Source of the DNA: Candidatus Kapaibacterium sp.
GTDB lineage: Bacteria; Bacteroidota; Ignavibacteria; Kapaibacteriales; Kapaibacteriaceae
Assembly (NCBI GenBank): GCA_044345485.1
Contig: JBIJAX010000002.1
Coordinates: 3,501-67,500, forward strand
Length of the DNA: 64,000 nucleotides
Direction: 5' to 3'
Shown here: piece by piece, positions 36,683 through 46,368 of the stretch
How positions within the stretch are numbered: position 1 is the first letter of the stretch
How the letters are laid out: each line of letters begins with the position of its first letter
The notes under the pieces: generated by a model
Told to the model about the DNA's origin: nothing
Databases searched by the model: none
Seen by the model: only the letters and a program-made list of their open reading frames with translations
Program-made: the position numbers and the translations under genes

Positions 36683-37681
36683 TCAGCCCTCCGCCTGTTC
36701 TGACATAAACACCGACTTCATTCCTTCTTCTGCATCCGGCCACGGTTGTTCGAGGGCTCGGTCGATTGCAGCGATCATATCGGCAAGTATTTGCTCACGC
36801 AGGGCTGTGGCTCCCGTGCGGCTCATAACCTTTCGCTTGTCGAGAAGTGTGATGTATGTTTCTACTGGATCTTTTTTGGACCATTCTTCAAGCATCTCTT
36901 TAGGGACGTAGGCGAAGTCATCATGTTCAGCATGACCTCTCATACGCATTGTGCGTGTCTCGATAAGCGTAGGCCCCTCACCACGTCGCGCTCGATCGAC
37001 TGCTTCCGTGCACGTAGCATACACGAGCTCAACGTCCGTACCATCTATCGTTACACCGTGCATTCCGTAACCGATTGCTCTGTCGCTCAGATTCTCACAT
37101 GCAAACTCTAGAGAGTTTGGTGTGGAATATGCGTACTGGTTATTCTCAATGATCAGAATAAGCGGAAGCTTGTGTACCGCAGCAAAATTCAGGGCCTCGT
37201 GCACTTCACCAACCTGGGCTCCACCATCGCCAATGTATGTCAACGATACTGTTGTGATACCCCGCAGCTTGTCGGCTAGTGAAAATCCTGCTGCCACCGG
37301 AATCATTGCACCGAGGTGCGAAACATTGCCGTAGATGCGGAGTGCAGGGTCTGCATAATGGCCTGTACCATCAGTTCCACGCATCTGACTCCCCTTTCGG
37401 GCAAGGTGGTTTAGCATCAACTGATCTAATGACTGCCCAAAGACGAAATGACCACCAATATTGCGGTGCATTGGAAAGAGCACGTCCTTGAACCGGTCCA
37501 GCGCATACGCACTTCCAACACTCACTGCTTCGTTTCCAAGCTGAGAATACACTCCGCCAAAGGCCTTTCCCTGCCTGTACAGACGTAGCATCGCATTGTC
37601 GAATTCACGAGCCATAAGCATGTACTTGAGCAGTTCGCGCTGCTGCTGTGCACTATAGGCTGATGCCGGAGATTTGGCCAT
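36683..37681 (-). CDS. 2-oxoacid dehydrogenase E1 component, alpha subunit (TPP-binding)
   Basis: The TPP motif region is present (LTYIGDGGAQVGEVHEALNFAAVHKLPLILIIENNQYAYSTP). Its stop lies 4 nt before the beta subunit start. Confidence 0.88.
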   Translation of the reverse strand: MAKSPASAYSAQQQRELLKYMLMAREFDNAMLRLYRQGKAFGGVYSQLGNEAVSVGSAYALDRFKDVLFPMHRNIGGHFVFGQSLDQLMLNHLARKGSQMRGTDGTGHYADPALRIYGNVSHLGAMIPVAAGFSLADKLRGITTVSLTYIGDGGAQVGEVHEALNFAAVHKLPLILIIENNQYAYSTPNSLEFACENLSDRAIGYGMHGVTIDGTDVELVYATCTEAVDRARRGEGPTLIETRTMRMRGHAEHDDFAYVPKEMLEEWSKKDPVETYITLLDKRKVMSRTGATALREQILADMIAAIDRALEQPWPDAEEGMKSVFMSEQAEG

Positions 37682-37710
37682 GTTCCTTCCTCACATTCGA
37701 TGATAGGCTG

Positions 37711-37754
37711 CAAAAATACACATGCCCCTTGTGTCGACAGGCACAAGGGGCATG
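37711..37754 (-). terminator. rho-independent terminator downstream of the cytochrome c gene
   Basis: On the minus strand the sequence reads CATGCCCCTTGTG-cctgtcga-CACAAGGGGCATG. That is a 13-bp perfect GC-rich stem spanning 37721-37754, followed by tgtattttt. Confidence 0.75.
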
Positions 37755-37776
37755 CATTCTTGACAGTTTGGGTCTG

Positions 37777-38184
37777 TTACTTCTTCTTGTGCTTCTTTAC
37801 GTCTGCTGGGGTAACAACTGGACCTGAGTTACCAAAGCTGTTATAGACGTAAGTTATCACACCTGCGATATCATCATCTGTGTACTTCTTTGGCAACGGT
37901 GCCATTACGCCATTGTACTCTTTACCGTTTACCTTGACCTTACCACTCTTGCCGTTAACAACTTCTTTAATGATTGTCGGCATCGGAGTGTTTTTCAAAT
38001 AATCACTTTTGGCAAGGGGCGGATAGACAGTGCCCAACCCTTGGCCGTTTGGCTGATGACATGTCTTGCAGTATTCGTTATAAACTTTCTGCCCTTTTGC
38101 CATCAGCGCTGCCTTATCTGCGGCTGCTATACCCACTGCGTAGCTGCTAATCAACACTACGACAGCAAATGCAAACGACTTCAT
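37777..38184 (-). CDS. monoheme class I c-type cytochrome (periplasmic)
   Basis: A signal peptide is present (MKSFAFAVVVLISSYAVGIAAA). There is a single CXXCH motif (CKTCH) and a distal Met region (YNGVMAPLP). Confidence 0.85.
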   Translation of the reverse strand: MKSFAFAVVVLISSYAVGIAAADKAALMAKGQKVYNEYCKTCHQPNGQGLGTVYPPLAKSDYLKNTPMPTIIKEVVNGKSGKVKVNGKEYNGVMAPLPKKYTDDDIAGVITYVYNSFGNSGPVVTPADVKKHKKK

Positions 38185-38398
38185 AGTATACCCGTGGTGA
38201 TTATGACTAAATTCAGTTACTCAATAGTGGACCGTGTTGCAGTACAGAAACCCGATGCAACCTGTGCACTTCCAACAATGCGTGCATGAAAGCCCTCAGG
38301 CTGACCCGCAACAACCGGTCACACGCTCGACAACACGTAATGCACGTGTTATGTTCCAATGCTCGACATACGCTCTACTGCAACCTATTGATTCTCGT

Positions 38399-40852
38399 TC
38401 AGAAAACTTCGGGAAATCTTGTTGGATTGCTCTCGCGCATGATAGCATATACACGCTCAGTGATATGCTCTGCTTCTGGTTTTGACCAGAAATTGCCGTC
38501 TGTGCCGTATGCCGGACGATGCTGTGCTGCGGCCATTGTTGCAGGGGCTGAGTCGAGATATGTATAGCCCCCTTGCACCTCAAGTACTTCACGCATCATA
38601 AAGGCCGTGGTGCCTCCAGGGACATCTTCATCTACGAAAATCACCCTGTTTGTTTTCTTCAGCGACTCACAGATGATTCCTGTGGTATCGAACGGGAGGA
38701 GTGTCTGAACATCCACTACTTCAATGGATATTCCAAGACGCTCCAACGATGCCGCGGCATCAAGTGCCACCCGCACAGTAGCACCATAGGTAACCAGTGT
38801 AATGTCGCTTCCTGTTCTTACAACTTCTGGCACACCGAGTGGCACGGAATACTGTCCCATGTTTGCTGGCAGCTGTTCCTTGAGACGATATCCATTAAGA
38901 ACCTCGACCACGATTGCCGGATCATCGCCCTTGAGCAGCGTGTTATACATACCAGCTGCCTGAACAAAGTTGCGAGGAACGCAAACATGCATTCCACGCA
39001 CCAGGTTGATGATTCCTGCCATTGGTGAGCCGGAATGCCAGATACCTTCCAAACGGTGACCCCGCGTGCGTACGATTACCGGTGCCTTTTGGCCGCCCCT
39101 GGTGCGCCAGTGCACCGTGGCAAGATCATCGCTCATCAGCTGAAGTGCATACAGCAAGTAATCGAGATACTGTATTTCTGCAATTGGACGCAGTCCGCGC
39201 ATGGCCATGCCAATGGCCTGACCCAAAATGGTGCACTCCCGAATCCCGACATCACTAACCCTCAATACCCCATACTCTGCCTGAAGTCCGGACGTGCCCT
39301 GATTAACGTCCCCCAGGAACCCTGTATCCTCACCAAAAATGCTCACGCGGGCGTCGGTAGCTAGAGCATGATCAAACCATGCGCGAATCACCTCTGAACC
39401 ATTAACTGACGGAGCATCAGCAGCGTACGTGGGAGCTACAGCTTCTCTGATTAGGGGGCTGCTGTTGGTTTCGCAGAAGAGGTGCGAGCTGTACAATGGG
39501 CGAATCTGCGCGTCGTATTCTTTCTTCCAGGATTTAAGCTCGGCTGTGGCCGATTGATCTGCACGCACTGTCGCGAGTATCGCCTTGTGCAGAGCCGACA
39601 TAATATCACGTCGAAACGGCTCACGAATCTTCTCGAGATCGCTCGCGAGCTGCCCTACCTCCTGTGATTCGGCGGCGTGTCCCCCGGCAGTGAGCTTCTC
39701 AACAGCTGTATGAAGGACCGCACTACACTGGGCGATTTCATGTTTAATTGGCAAACTGTAGGCATCCCAGGCCGCCTGCTTGGACTGCTTCACATGTTCA
39801 GCAGCGCTGGCCTCGATCGTCGCAAGTTCTTCTTCAGAGGCAATACCCTCGTGAAGTATCCATGCTCTCATTCGTGTGATGCCATCCATTTCTGCTTCCC
39901 ACGCCAGACGCTCTGCTGATTTGTAGCGCTCATGAGATCCCGATGTGGAATGCCCCTGTGGCTGCGTAACCTCAATCACGTGGATGATCTGCGGCACATG
40001 TTCCTTGCGGGCAGTATCTGCCGCCGCAGCATACGCCTGCACCAGCGCAGGATAATCCCATGCTTTTACAACTTGTATGTCGTATCCAGTTGACGATTCC
40101 TGCGTGCGCGCGAAACCCTGCAGCAGTTCGCCAACATTTGATTTCGTTACCTGAAACTCATTCGGGACACTAATGCCGTATCCATCGTCCCATATCGAGA
40201 TAATCGCAGGTGCCTTTAACACACCAATTGCATTAACGCTTTCCCAGAACATGCCTTCGGCACTCGAGGCATTGCCGATGGTTCCAAAAGCCACCTCATT
40301 CCCTTGTGAAGAGAACTCTGTAAGCTCTTGTAATACTTCGACTTCTCTGTACAGACGCGAGGCATATGCAAGGCCAACCAACCTCGGCATTTGCGATCCA
40401 GTTGGCGAGATATCGGCGGAGACATTTTTGCGCTCTGTCTGCGGAAGCCAGGAGCCATCATCGCGAAGCAGACGTGTGCCAAAGTGGCCGTTCATCGACC
40501 TGCCAGCGCTTGCAGGCTCGGCAACCACATCTGTGTGAGCATAGAGCTGAGCAAAGAACTTTTGAACATCGCTCTCGCCGATGGCGAACATAAACGTCTG
40601 GTCGCGGTAATACCCACTGCGCCAGTCGCCTGGCTGGAAAGACCGGGCCATCGCCAACTGGGCTACTTCCTTTCCGTCACCAAAGATGCCGAACTTCGCC
40701 TTTCCGGTAAGAACTTCTTTCCGTCCGAGTAACGAGGCCTGCCTACTGACTATTGCTATGCGATAGTCTTCGAGGATTTCTGCGTGCGTAAGACCCTGCA
40801 CTGGTGACGAGTTCTGCTGCTTGGTTTTTGCGGTAGTTGTTCGCTTGCTCAT
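38399..40852 (-). CDS. fused 2-oxoacid dehydrogenase E1 alpha-beta protein (TPP-dependent)
   Basis: The protein is about 817 aa. The N-terminal half is E1-alpha-like ([38 protein letters not shown]). The C-terminal half is E1-beta/transketolase-like ([45 protein letters not shown]). The track start is a TTG, so I used ATG 40852. Confidence 0.8.
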   Translation of the reverse strand: MSKRTTTAKTKQQNSSPVQGLTHAEILEDYRIAIVSRQASLLGRKEVLTGKAKFGIFGDGKEVAQLAMARSFQPGDWRSGYYRDQTFMFAIGESDVQKFFAQLYAHTDVVAEPASAGRSMNGHFGTRLLRDDGSWLPQTERKNVSADISPTGSQMPRLVGLAYASRLYREVEVLQELTEFSSQGNEVAFGTIGNASSAEGMFWESVNAIGVLKAPAIISIWDDGYGISVPNEFQVTKSNVGELLQGFARTQESSTGYDIQVVKAWDYPALVQAYAAAADTARKEHVPQIIHVIEVTQPQGHSTSGSHERYKSAERLAWEAEMDGITRMRAWILHEGIASEEELATIEASAAEHVKQSKQAAWDAYSLPIKHEIAQCSAVLHTAVEKLTAGGHAAESQEVGQLASDLEKIREPFRRDIMSALHKAILATVRADQSATAELKSWKKEYDAQIRPLYSSHLFCETNSSPLIREAVAPTYAADAPSVNGSEVIRAWFDHALATDARVSIFGEDTGFLGDVNQGTSGLQAEYGVLRVSDVGIRECTILGQAIGMAMRGLRPIAEIQYLDYLLYALQLMSDDLATVHWRTRGGQKAPVIVRTRGHRLEGIWHSGSPMAGIINLVRGMHVCVPRNFVQAAGMYNTLLKGDDPAIVVEVLNGYRLKEQLPANMGQYSVPLGVPEVVRTGSDITLVTYGATVRVALDAAASLERLGISIEVVDVQTLLPFDTTGIICESLKKTNRVIFVDEDVPGGTTAFMMREVLEVQGGYTYLDSAPATMAAAQHRPAYGTDGNFWSKPEAEHITERVYAIMRESNPTRFPEVF

Positions 40853-40876
40853 AGACTGCAAAGTTACAACACTCGT

Positions 40877-41476
40877 TCACTCTCCAAAGAGCGACGGCTG
40901 CTGCGGAGCCCCTTCTACATGCGTCCGCGCGATAGATTCTGCAGTAGAGAGTGTCTGCTCCAGATCGCTGTTCACCAGAACAACATCAAACATATCCTGA
41001 TGTGCCATCTCCATCTCCGCGCGGGCAAGACGCGTCTGCACTTGCTCATCGGTTTCCGTGTGCCGGCTGCGCAGTCGCTGCTCGAGAACCTCAATTGAAG
41101 GCGGCGCAACAAACATCAGGAGTGTATCCTCTGGAAAAGCAGCCCTGAGAGAGAGAGCCCCTTTGACATCAACATCAAAAATTATAAACTCTCCTCTTGA
41201 GATCGAATCGGCGACGAAGCTCTTTAATGTTCCATAGTAATTACCGAAGATCTCTTCGTATTCAACGAGGTCTCCCTCTTCAATTCGCCGGCGGAAATCA
41301 TCGCGTGTGAGAAAGAAGTAGTCCTTACCATGCGTTTCACCATTCCGCATGTTTCGCGTGGTAGCGCTCACCGAGAACTTCATTTCTGGGAACGTCCTGA
41401 GAAGATGCCGCGCCACCGTTGTCTTACCTGCACCGCTGGGAGCACTAAGGACGATCAAATGCTTTCTATTCGACAT
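40877..41476 (-). CDS. gmk: guanylate kinase
   Basis: The P-loop LSAPSGAGKTT, the segment SATTRNMRNGETHGKDYFF, and a length of 199 aa all fit guanylate kinase. Confidence 0.92.
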   Translation of the reverse strand: MSNRKHLIVLSAPSGAGKTTVARHLLRTFPEMKFSVSATTRNMRNGETHGKDYFFLTRDDFRRRIEEGDLVEYEEIFGNYYGTLKSFVADSISRGEFIIFDVDVKGALSLRAAFPEDTLLMFVAPPSIEVLEQRLRSRHTETDEQVQTRLARAEMEMAHQDMFDVVLVNSDLEQTLSTAESIARTHVEGAPQQPSLFGE

Positions 41477-42347
41477 TCTGCACTTGCTCCCTGATGCGCT
41501 CGAGCTCCTCTTTTACACCCACGACAATAACGGCGATATCAGCATGATTACACTTTGAACCGATGGTGTTGATCTCGCGGTTCATTTCCTGTAGCAAGAA
41601 GTTTAGCTTTCGCCCTGCCTTGTCATCTGCATTCATGTACTGGCGGAAGTGCTTGATGTGACTCCGGAGCCGAACACATTCCTCGGTAACATCAAGTTTT
41701 TCGGAGAGCAGCACAATCTCGAGCTGCAAACGCTGCTCATCAACGACCGCGTCTTCGACCAGCTGACGCACACGTTCACGCAGACGCACTCGCTCTATGT
41801 CGATACGAGCCATACTCATCTGCTCAACTGTATCGATGCTCTGCAACATCATTGTCAGGCGTTGCTCCAGATCGCGGGCCAGTTCAGCCCCTTCTTTATC
41901 GCGCATGGCGTTGAGAGCATGCAGGGCGTCGATAATCCCAGACTGCAGTGCAGGCCAGATATCAACATCCTCAGATGCTGTATCTGCAGCTTGAAAGATG
42001 CTCGAAAAATGGACCAGATGCTCTATTCGTATCTCTCCAGGTAGGCCGGTTTCCTGCTGTATACGTCGAAGTGAATCAACGTACCCCTTCGCTGTCTCGA
42101 TATTCAATCCTACAACACCTGCCTGTGCCGATTCTGCACGGCGCACAAACAAGGTAAGCGAGCCTCGGGTAACGTGTTCGCGAACAGTTTCGCGAATCTG
42201 CCCTTCCTTATCAGACCACTCTCTCGGGAGCTTCGTCGATAATTCTAGGTAGCGTCCGTTTACACAACGAGCCTCTATCGTACATGCAGTGCCGAGAATA
42301 TCAGCCTCGGCCTTTCCATAACCGGTCATACTTCTGATCATTCGCAA
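41466..42347 (-). CDS. yicC: YicC family stress-induced protein / endoribonuclease
   Basis: The N-terminus MIRSMTGYGKAE is present, along with C-terminal DUF1732-like motifs (GRKLNFLLQEMNREINTIGSK). The start may instead be the ATG at 42341, because the track start is a TTG. Confidence 0.88.
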   Translation of the reverse strand: MRMIRSMTGYGKAEADILGTACTIEARCVNGRYLELSTKLPREWSDKEGQIRETVREHVTRGSLTLFVRRAESAQAGVVGLNIETAKGYVDSLRRIQQETGLPGEIRIEHLVHFSSIFQAADTASEDVDIWPALQSGIIDALHALNAMRDKEGAELARDLEQRLTMMLQSIDTVEQMSMARIDIERVRLRERVRQLVEDAVVDEQRLQLEIVLLSEKLDVTEECVRLRSHIKHFRQYMNADDKAGRKLNFLLQEMNREINTIGSKCNHADIAVIVVGVKEELERIREQVQNVE

Positions 42348-42399
42348 AGATACGTCGTGAAAAATGTCGGCAAGGGGCTAACTTGCCCGCTCTCGCAGT

Positions 42400-43212
42400 A
42401 TGAATCCCTTAACGCATCACGCAACAGTTCCGGCTGCCGATATCCTGCGGCGCAGGTGGAGCAATCCTCCAACGGTCGGTATCATCACCGGGTCCGGGTT
42501 TCGATATCAACCTGGCAATGGAGGGGTTGTAGATGTTGTTAGCTACTCAGACCTACCAGGATTGAAGTGTAGCTCCGTTGCCGGACACAATTCACAGGTT
42601 TCGCTGCTTGATGCAGATGGCCATAGTGCTGTTCTTTGCTCGGGCAGGCTGCATCCATACGAAGGGCACAGCGAATCGCAATGCATGCAGCTCGTAGCGC
42701 TAATGCACGCAATTGGTGTTACAACACTCGTCATTACGAACGCAGCAGGTGGACTGCATTGGCGATACTCGGCAGGAGATATTGCCCTCATCACAGACAC
42801 GATCGATTTTACCTTCCTGCCTGGGCCCTCAAGCAGCTTGTATGCCATAGAGCCATTGCTTGCCAACAACGCAGTTACTGCCCAATCCGTCCTCGAGCAT
42901 TGCAGCTCGAACCATCTTTCACTTGAGTCCGGCACATATTGCCAGGTTCTCGGGCCCAGCTACGAGACACGAGCTGAGATACGGATGCTTCGTAAGCTGG
43001 GGGCAGACCTTGTGGGCATGTCCACAGCTCGTGAACTGCGTTTGGCTGGGCGGCTCGGAATGAACGCCATCGGATTTTCTATGGTAACAAATACACTTAC
43101 AGACTCACAGTCTCGTTCTGTAACACACAATGAAGTACTTGATGTTGCCTCTGCCGCAGGTACGCACCTCAGCAGCATCATTGATGCCACTATTCGCCTT
43201 ACTGTTTCATGA
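42400..43212 (+). CDS. purine nucleoside phosphorylase family protein (second, divergent PunA-type paralog)
   Basis: The motifs GIITGSGF, SSVAGHNSQV, GRLHPYEGHS, LVITNAAGGL, GPSYETRAEIRMLR and GADLVGMSTARE are colinear with the PNP at 20466. Confidence 0.75.
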   Translation: MNPLTHHATVPAADILRRRWSNPPTVGIITGSGFRYQPGNGGVVDVVSYSDLPGLKCSSVAGHNSQVSLLDADGHSAVLCSGRLHPYEGHSESQCMQLVALMHAIGVTTLVITNAAGGLHWRYSAGDIALITDTIDFTFLPGPSSSLYAIEPLLANNAVTAQSVLEHCSSNHLSLESGTYCQVLGPSYETRAEIRMLRKLGADLVGMSTARELRLAGRLGMNAIGFSMVTNTLTDSQSRSVTHNEVLDVASAAGTHLSSIIDATIRLTVS

Positions 43213-43985
43213 TGCGGTTCCCGTTACTGTGCTGTGCATTCTTGATGTGCATGCTGGGCAGTTGTTCATCCCCTGCCGTACGCACATCAAGGACTGCAAC
43301 TACGGAGGTCTACACGACAGAGATCATTACTCTAGTGCCTGACACCCATAAAGCACTGCTTGTTACTGCTCGCGTTCCTGCTGCTGGCGCAGGCATGACC
43401 TACTCCCGTGCCCTGCTATTGTTTAAAACGCCTTCGGGCAATCGCGATAGCATTACGATGGACATAGAGTCTTCCGGGGCGGCTCACAGCTCACCCACCA
43501 GTATCGTTCGATGCAGGCTTCCACAAGAACTCGATACTGCATCATTGCAGATCGCACTCGAGCTTGGTTCGATCTTTACTGTGTTTCCTGCAAGGATCTC
43601 TGCTGAGGACACGTCTGCACTGTCGCTGGTTCCGTTCATTCAACGTACAGACGATTCATCCTACACGCTGGGAGTTACTGCACATCGAAATCGCCTAATC
43701 GACGGTGAATACCTGCCCTCCTCTGAGGACCTGCGCGTAACAGTGCGTCGGGGACTCGATGTTGTATGGCAATCCCAAACCGGTCTGGCCTTCCTGACCG
43801 TTGTGCTGCCCGTGCGGCCTGAGCAGATCGGCGAGGAGTCGGCCTACACTGTTGAATGGAACGGTACTGATGTTGACGGCACCCCACTGCCTCCCGGAGA
43901 ATACACTGCCGAACTCGTGATCCCGTCACGTCCGGCCCCGTATCACACTCAGCTGACATTTACATGGCCACTCAGCAAGAAGTAG
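43209..43985 (+). CDS. putative lipoprotein with C-terminal FlgD-Ig-like domain, unknown function
   Basis: A lipobox-like sequence is present (FLMCMLGSCSS). The C-terminal segment YTVEWNGTDVDGTPLPPGEYTAELVI resembles FlgD/Ig-like folds. There is an ATGA overlap with the upstream gene. Confidence 0.45.
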   Translation: MMRFPLLCCAFLMCMLGSCSSPAVRTSRTATTEVYTTEIITLVPDTHKALLVTARVPAAGAGMTYSRALLLFKTPSGNRDSITMDIESSGAAHSSPTSIVRCRLPQELDTASLQIALELGSIFTVFPARISAEDTSALSLVPFIQRTDDSSYTLGVTAHRNRLIDGEYLPSSEDLRVTVRRGLDVVWQSQTGLAFLTVVLPVRPEQIGEESAYTVEWNGTDVDGTPLPPGEYTAELVIPSRPAPYHTQLTFTWPLSKK

Positions 43986-45064
43986 ATTCTGGCTACATGC
44001 TTCGCGCCATAGAGCTTGCAAAGCTTGGCACTGGACACGTGAGTCCCAATCCTCTGGTTGGATGTGTGATTGTGCGTGATGGACAGATTCTCGCCGAGGG
44101 CTGGCATGAGTATTATGGTGGTGTACATGCAGAAGTTCATGCACTCAGGAATGCTGCAGATGCAGACCTTACAGGGGCAACAATGTATGTTACCCTTGAG
44201 CCATGTGCACATCATGGGAAACAGCCCCCATGCGCCGACATGATTGCGGCTACCCCACTTGAGCGTGTAGTTGTTGGATGCCTCGACCCCAATCCCTTGG
44301 TTGCTGGCAAGGGGCTTGATATGCTCCGCCGGGCGGGAAAACAAATTGAAGTTGGCATCGAGCAACAGGCATGTGAATGGACCGCTCGATACTTCCTTCA
44401 TGCCATGCGATCGAGGGTGCCATACATCGTCGGAAAGATGGCACTGACGCAGAATGGCGGCTATGACAGCACCGCCTCTAAAGATCGCTGGATTACCAGC
44501 GAGGAATCACGACAACGTGTTCATGCCATGCGGGCAGAGGTAGACGCAGTGATGGTTGGAATTGGAACCGTTCTAGCGGATAACCCAGCATTAAATGTGC
44601 GGCTTACACAGGGTAGAAATCCTGTGCGTATAGTTCTCGACCCAGCATGCAGAATGCCCCTTGACTCTGTTATCGCCGAAACTGCACACGAACAGCGCAC
44701 TATTGTTGTTACTACCGAGTCGGGTGCGCACGGTTATCGCAGCTCTGAACTTCAACAACGCGGCGTTGAATTGATCGTCATAGGTGCCGTGGACGGTAGA
44801 ATGCATGCCCGTGACATAGCGCTTCAACTATTCACAGAAGGAATACAGTCTATTCTCCTTGAAGGTGGACCAGTTACGTTGGATAACTTCCTGCACGCCA
44901 AACTCATCGAAGAGATGCATATTCACAGGGCCCCGTTCATGACTGAAACACCTCAGACATGGGACTTTGAGGCCAACCCAACAACATGGCAACTCTACAA
45001 CACTTCAACTGTAGGATGCGATACGCACCAGCTCTATCGCAAGATCACATCGTACGACGCTTGA
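43964..45064 (+). CDS. ribD: bifunctional riboflavin biosynthesis protein RibD (deaminase/reductase)
   Basis: The CMP/dCMP deaminase zinc motifs are present (HAEVHAL and PCAHHGKQPPC). A C-terminal RibD reductase domain follows (KMALTQNGG, VDAVMVGIGTVLADNPAL). Confidence 0.93.
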   Translation: MATQQEVDSGYMLRAIELAKLGTGHVSPNPLVGCVIVRDGQILAEGWHEYYGGVHAEVHALRNAADADLTGATMYVTLEPCAHHGKQPPCADMIAATPLERVVVGCLDPNPLVAGKGLDMLRRAGKQIEVGIEQQACEWTARYFLHAMRSRVPYIVGKMALTQNGGYDSTASKDRWITSEESRQRVHAMRAEVDAVMVGIGTVLADNPALNVRLTQGRNPVRIVLDPACRMPLDSVIAETAHEQRTIVVTTESGAHGYRSSELQQRGVELIVIGAVDGRMHARDIALQLFTEGIQSILLEGGPVTLDNFLHAKLIEEMHIHRAPFMTETPQTWDFEANPTTWQLYNTSTVGCDTHQLYRKITSYDA

Positions 45065-46368
45065 TTCGAACAGCGCTGGTATTCCTGTTGAGTCATGTGA
45101 TTGCTCATGGTCAGCAGCTTGACGAGCGAAGCCTTCAAAACGCTGTGCAGAAGCAGGATTGGCCAGCGATTGAGCGCCTGTTATCGAAGAGCAGCACTGG
45201 AACCTCAACCAATGCCCAACTCAATAGTCTGTACACCCTTTCATTGTTGCAGCAGAACAAAATCTCCCAAGCACTTGTAAGCGCCCACAGATCTCTCCAG
45301 CTCGATTCAACACGCATGCAGTCATGGCTGGTGCTCGCAGAGTGTTACTCGCGCAACAACCAGCGGGCGATTGGCCTGCAAACACTCACTGCTGCGGCGA
45401 AGAGGTTTTCTGATTCCGTTCAGGTGCAATGGGCACTTGGCATGGCCTACGTGCAGAGCGGTAGATATCAGGATGCTATTACACCGTTTGAGGAGGTCAT
45501 GTTCCGCCGATCTGATCCAGCTGTGATGTACGAGCTGGCGCGCTGCTATTTCAAGACCGAACAATACACGTCTGCCTCAGAGCTGCATCTGCTGCTCACA
45601 GAGCGCTATCCCAACGTAGCCATCTACCAACTCGCTGCCGGGGAGTCTTTGCTCGCTCGTAAAAAGACATCAGAAGCCGTCGCATATTTGGACCGAGCTA
45701 TCACACTCGATTCAACACGAACTGAGGCTTACCTTTTACTCACAGGAGCTTTACAGGAATCGGGAGATTCGGCACGTGCAATGAATGTTGCCGCAGATGC
45801 CGCACGCCGCAATCAACAGGATCCGATGGCGTGGTACAATCTTGGGCTGCTTCGTATGTGGCAGCAGCAATATGATTCAGCGAGTAAAGCCCTCAAGAAA
45901 GCTATTGCGCTAAAGCCGAATTACGGCGAAGCCTACTTTAACCTGGCAATTGTGCAGGAACAAAAAGGGTTCGTAGAGGATGCAGCAAAAACATTTGTCC
46001 GCTGCGCATTGGTTTCGTCGTATCTGGCTCCTGATGCCTACAACTCACTAGCCATCATGCATCGCAGGAATGGCAATCTCACAGAGGCGTTAACTGCGCA
46101 CCAGCAGGCAGTTTCATTGCGAGACACGTCTAGTGTGTTGCACATATCCCGCATCAACAGCTGTTTTGAAGCCGAGAAGTGCGAACTGGCAGAAGCCTTC
46201 ATCAGTGAGGCGCTTCAGCGATTCCCTGCCAATCCGCAGGTGCTATACACGTGCGCCCGATGCCTGTTACGAATTGGTCGCGCCGAACAAGCGTCAATAT
46301 TGATTTCCCAGCTGGAAAAGCTCGATGCTAAGCTTGCAGAACAATTGATAATACTGATGAGACTTTGA
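45016..46368 (+). CDS. secreted tetratricopeptide-repeat protein
   Basis: The protein has a hydrophobic leader (LIRTALVFLLSHVIAHG) followed by about 10 TPR units (AWYNLGLLRMWQQQYDSASKALKKAIALKPNYGEAYFNLAIV). The start is uncertain. Candidates are ATG 44986, ATG 45016, or TTG 45061, which would form a TTGA overlap with ribD. Confidence 0.75.
   Translation: MRYAPALSQDHIVRRLIRTALVFLLSHVIAHGQQLDERSLQNAVQKQDWPAIERLLSKSSTGTSTNAQLNSLYTLSLLQQNKISQALVSAHRSLQLDSTRMQSWLVLAECYSRNNQRAIGLQTLTAAAKRFSDSVQVQWALGMAYVQSGRYQDAITPFEEVMFRRSDPAVMYELARCYFKTEQYTSASELHLLLTERYPNVAIYQLAAGESLLARKKTSEAVAYLDRAITLDSTRTEAYLLLTGALQESGDSARAMNVAADAARRNQQDPMAWYNLGLLRMWQQQYDSASKALKKAIALKPNYGEAYFNLAIVQEQKGFVEDAAKTFVRCALVSSYLAPDAYNSLAIMHRRNGNLTEALTAHQQAVSLRDTSSVLHISRINSCFEAEKCELAEAFISEALQRFPANPQVLYTCARCLLRIGRAEQASILISQLEKLDAKLAEQLIILMRL

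Noticed and set aside
38332-38350. Perfect 7-bp palindrome AACACGT-aatgc-ACGTGTT downstream of the fused E1 gene, considered as a terminator.
   Set aside because: The stem is short and no U-tract follows on the minus strand. I kept it only as part of the spacer-structure observation.
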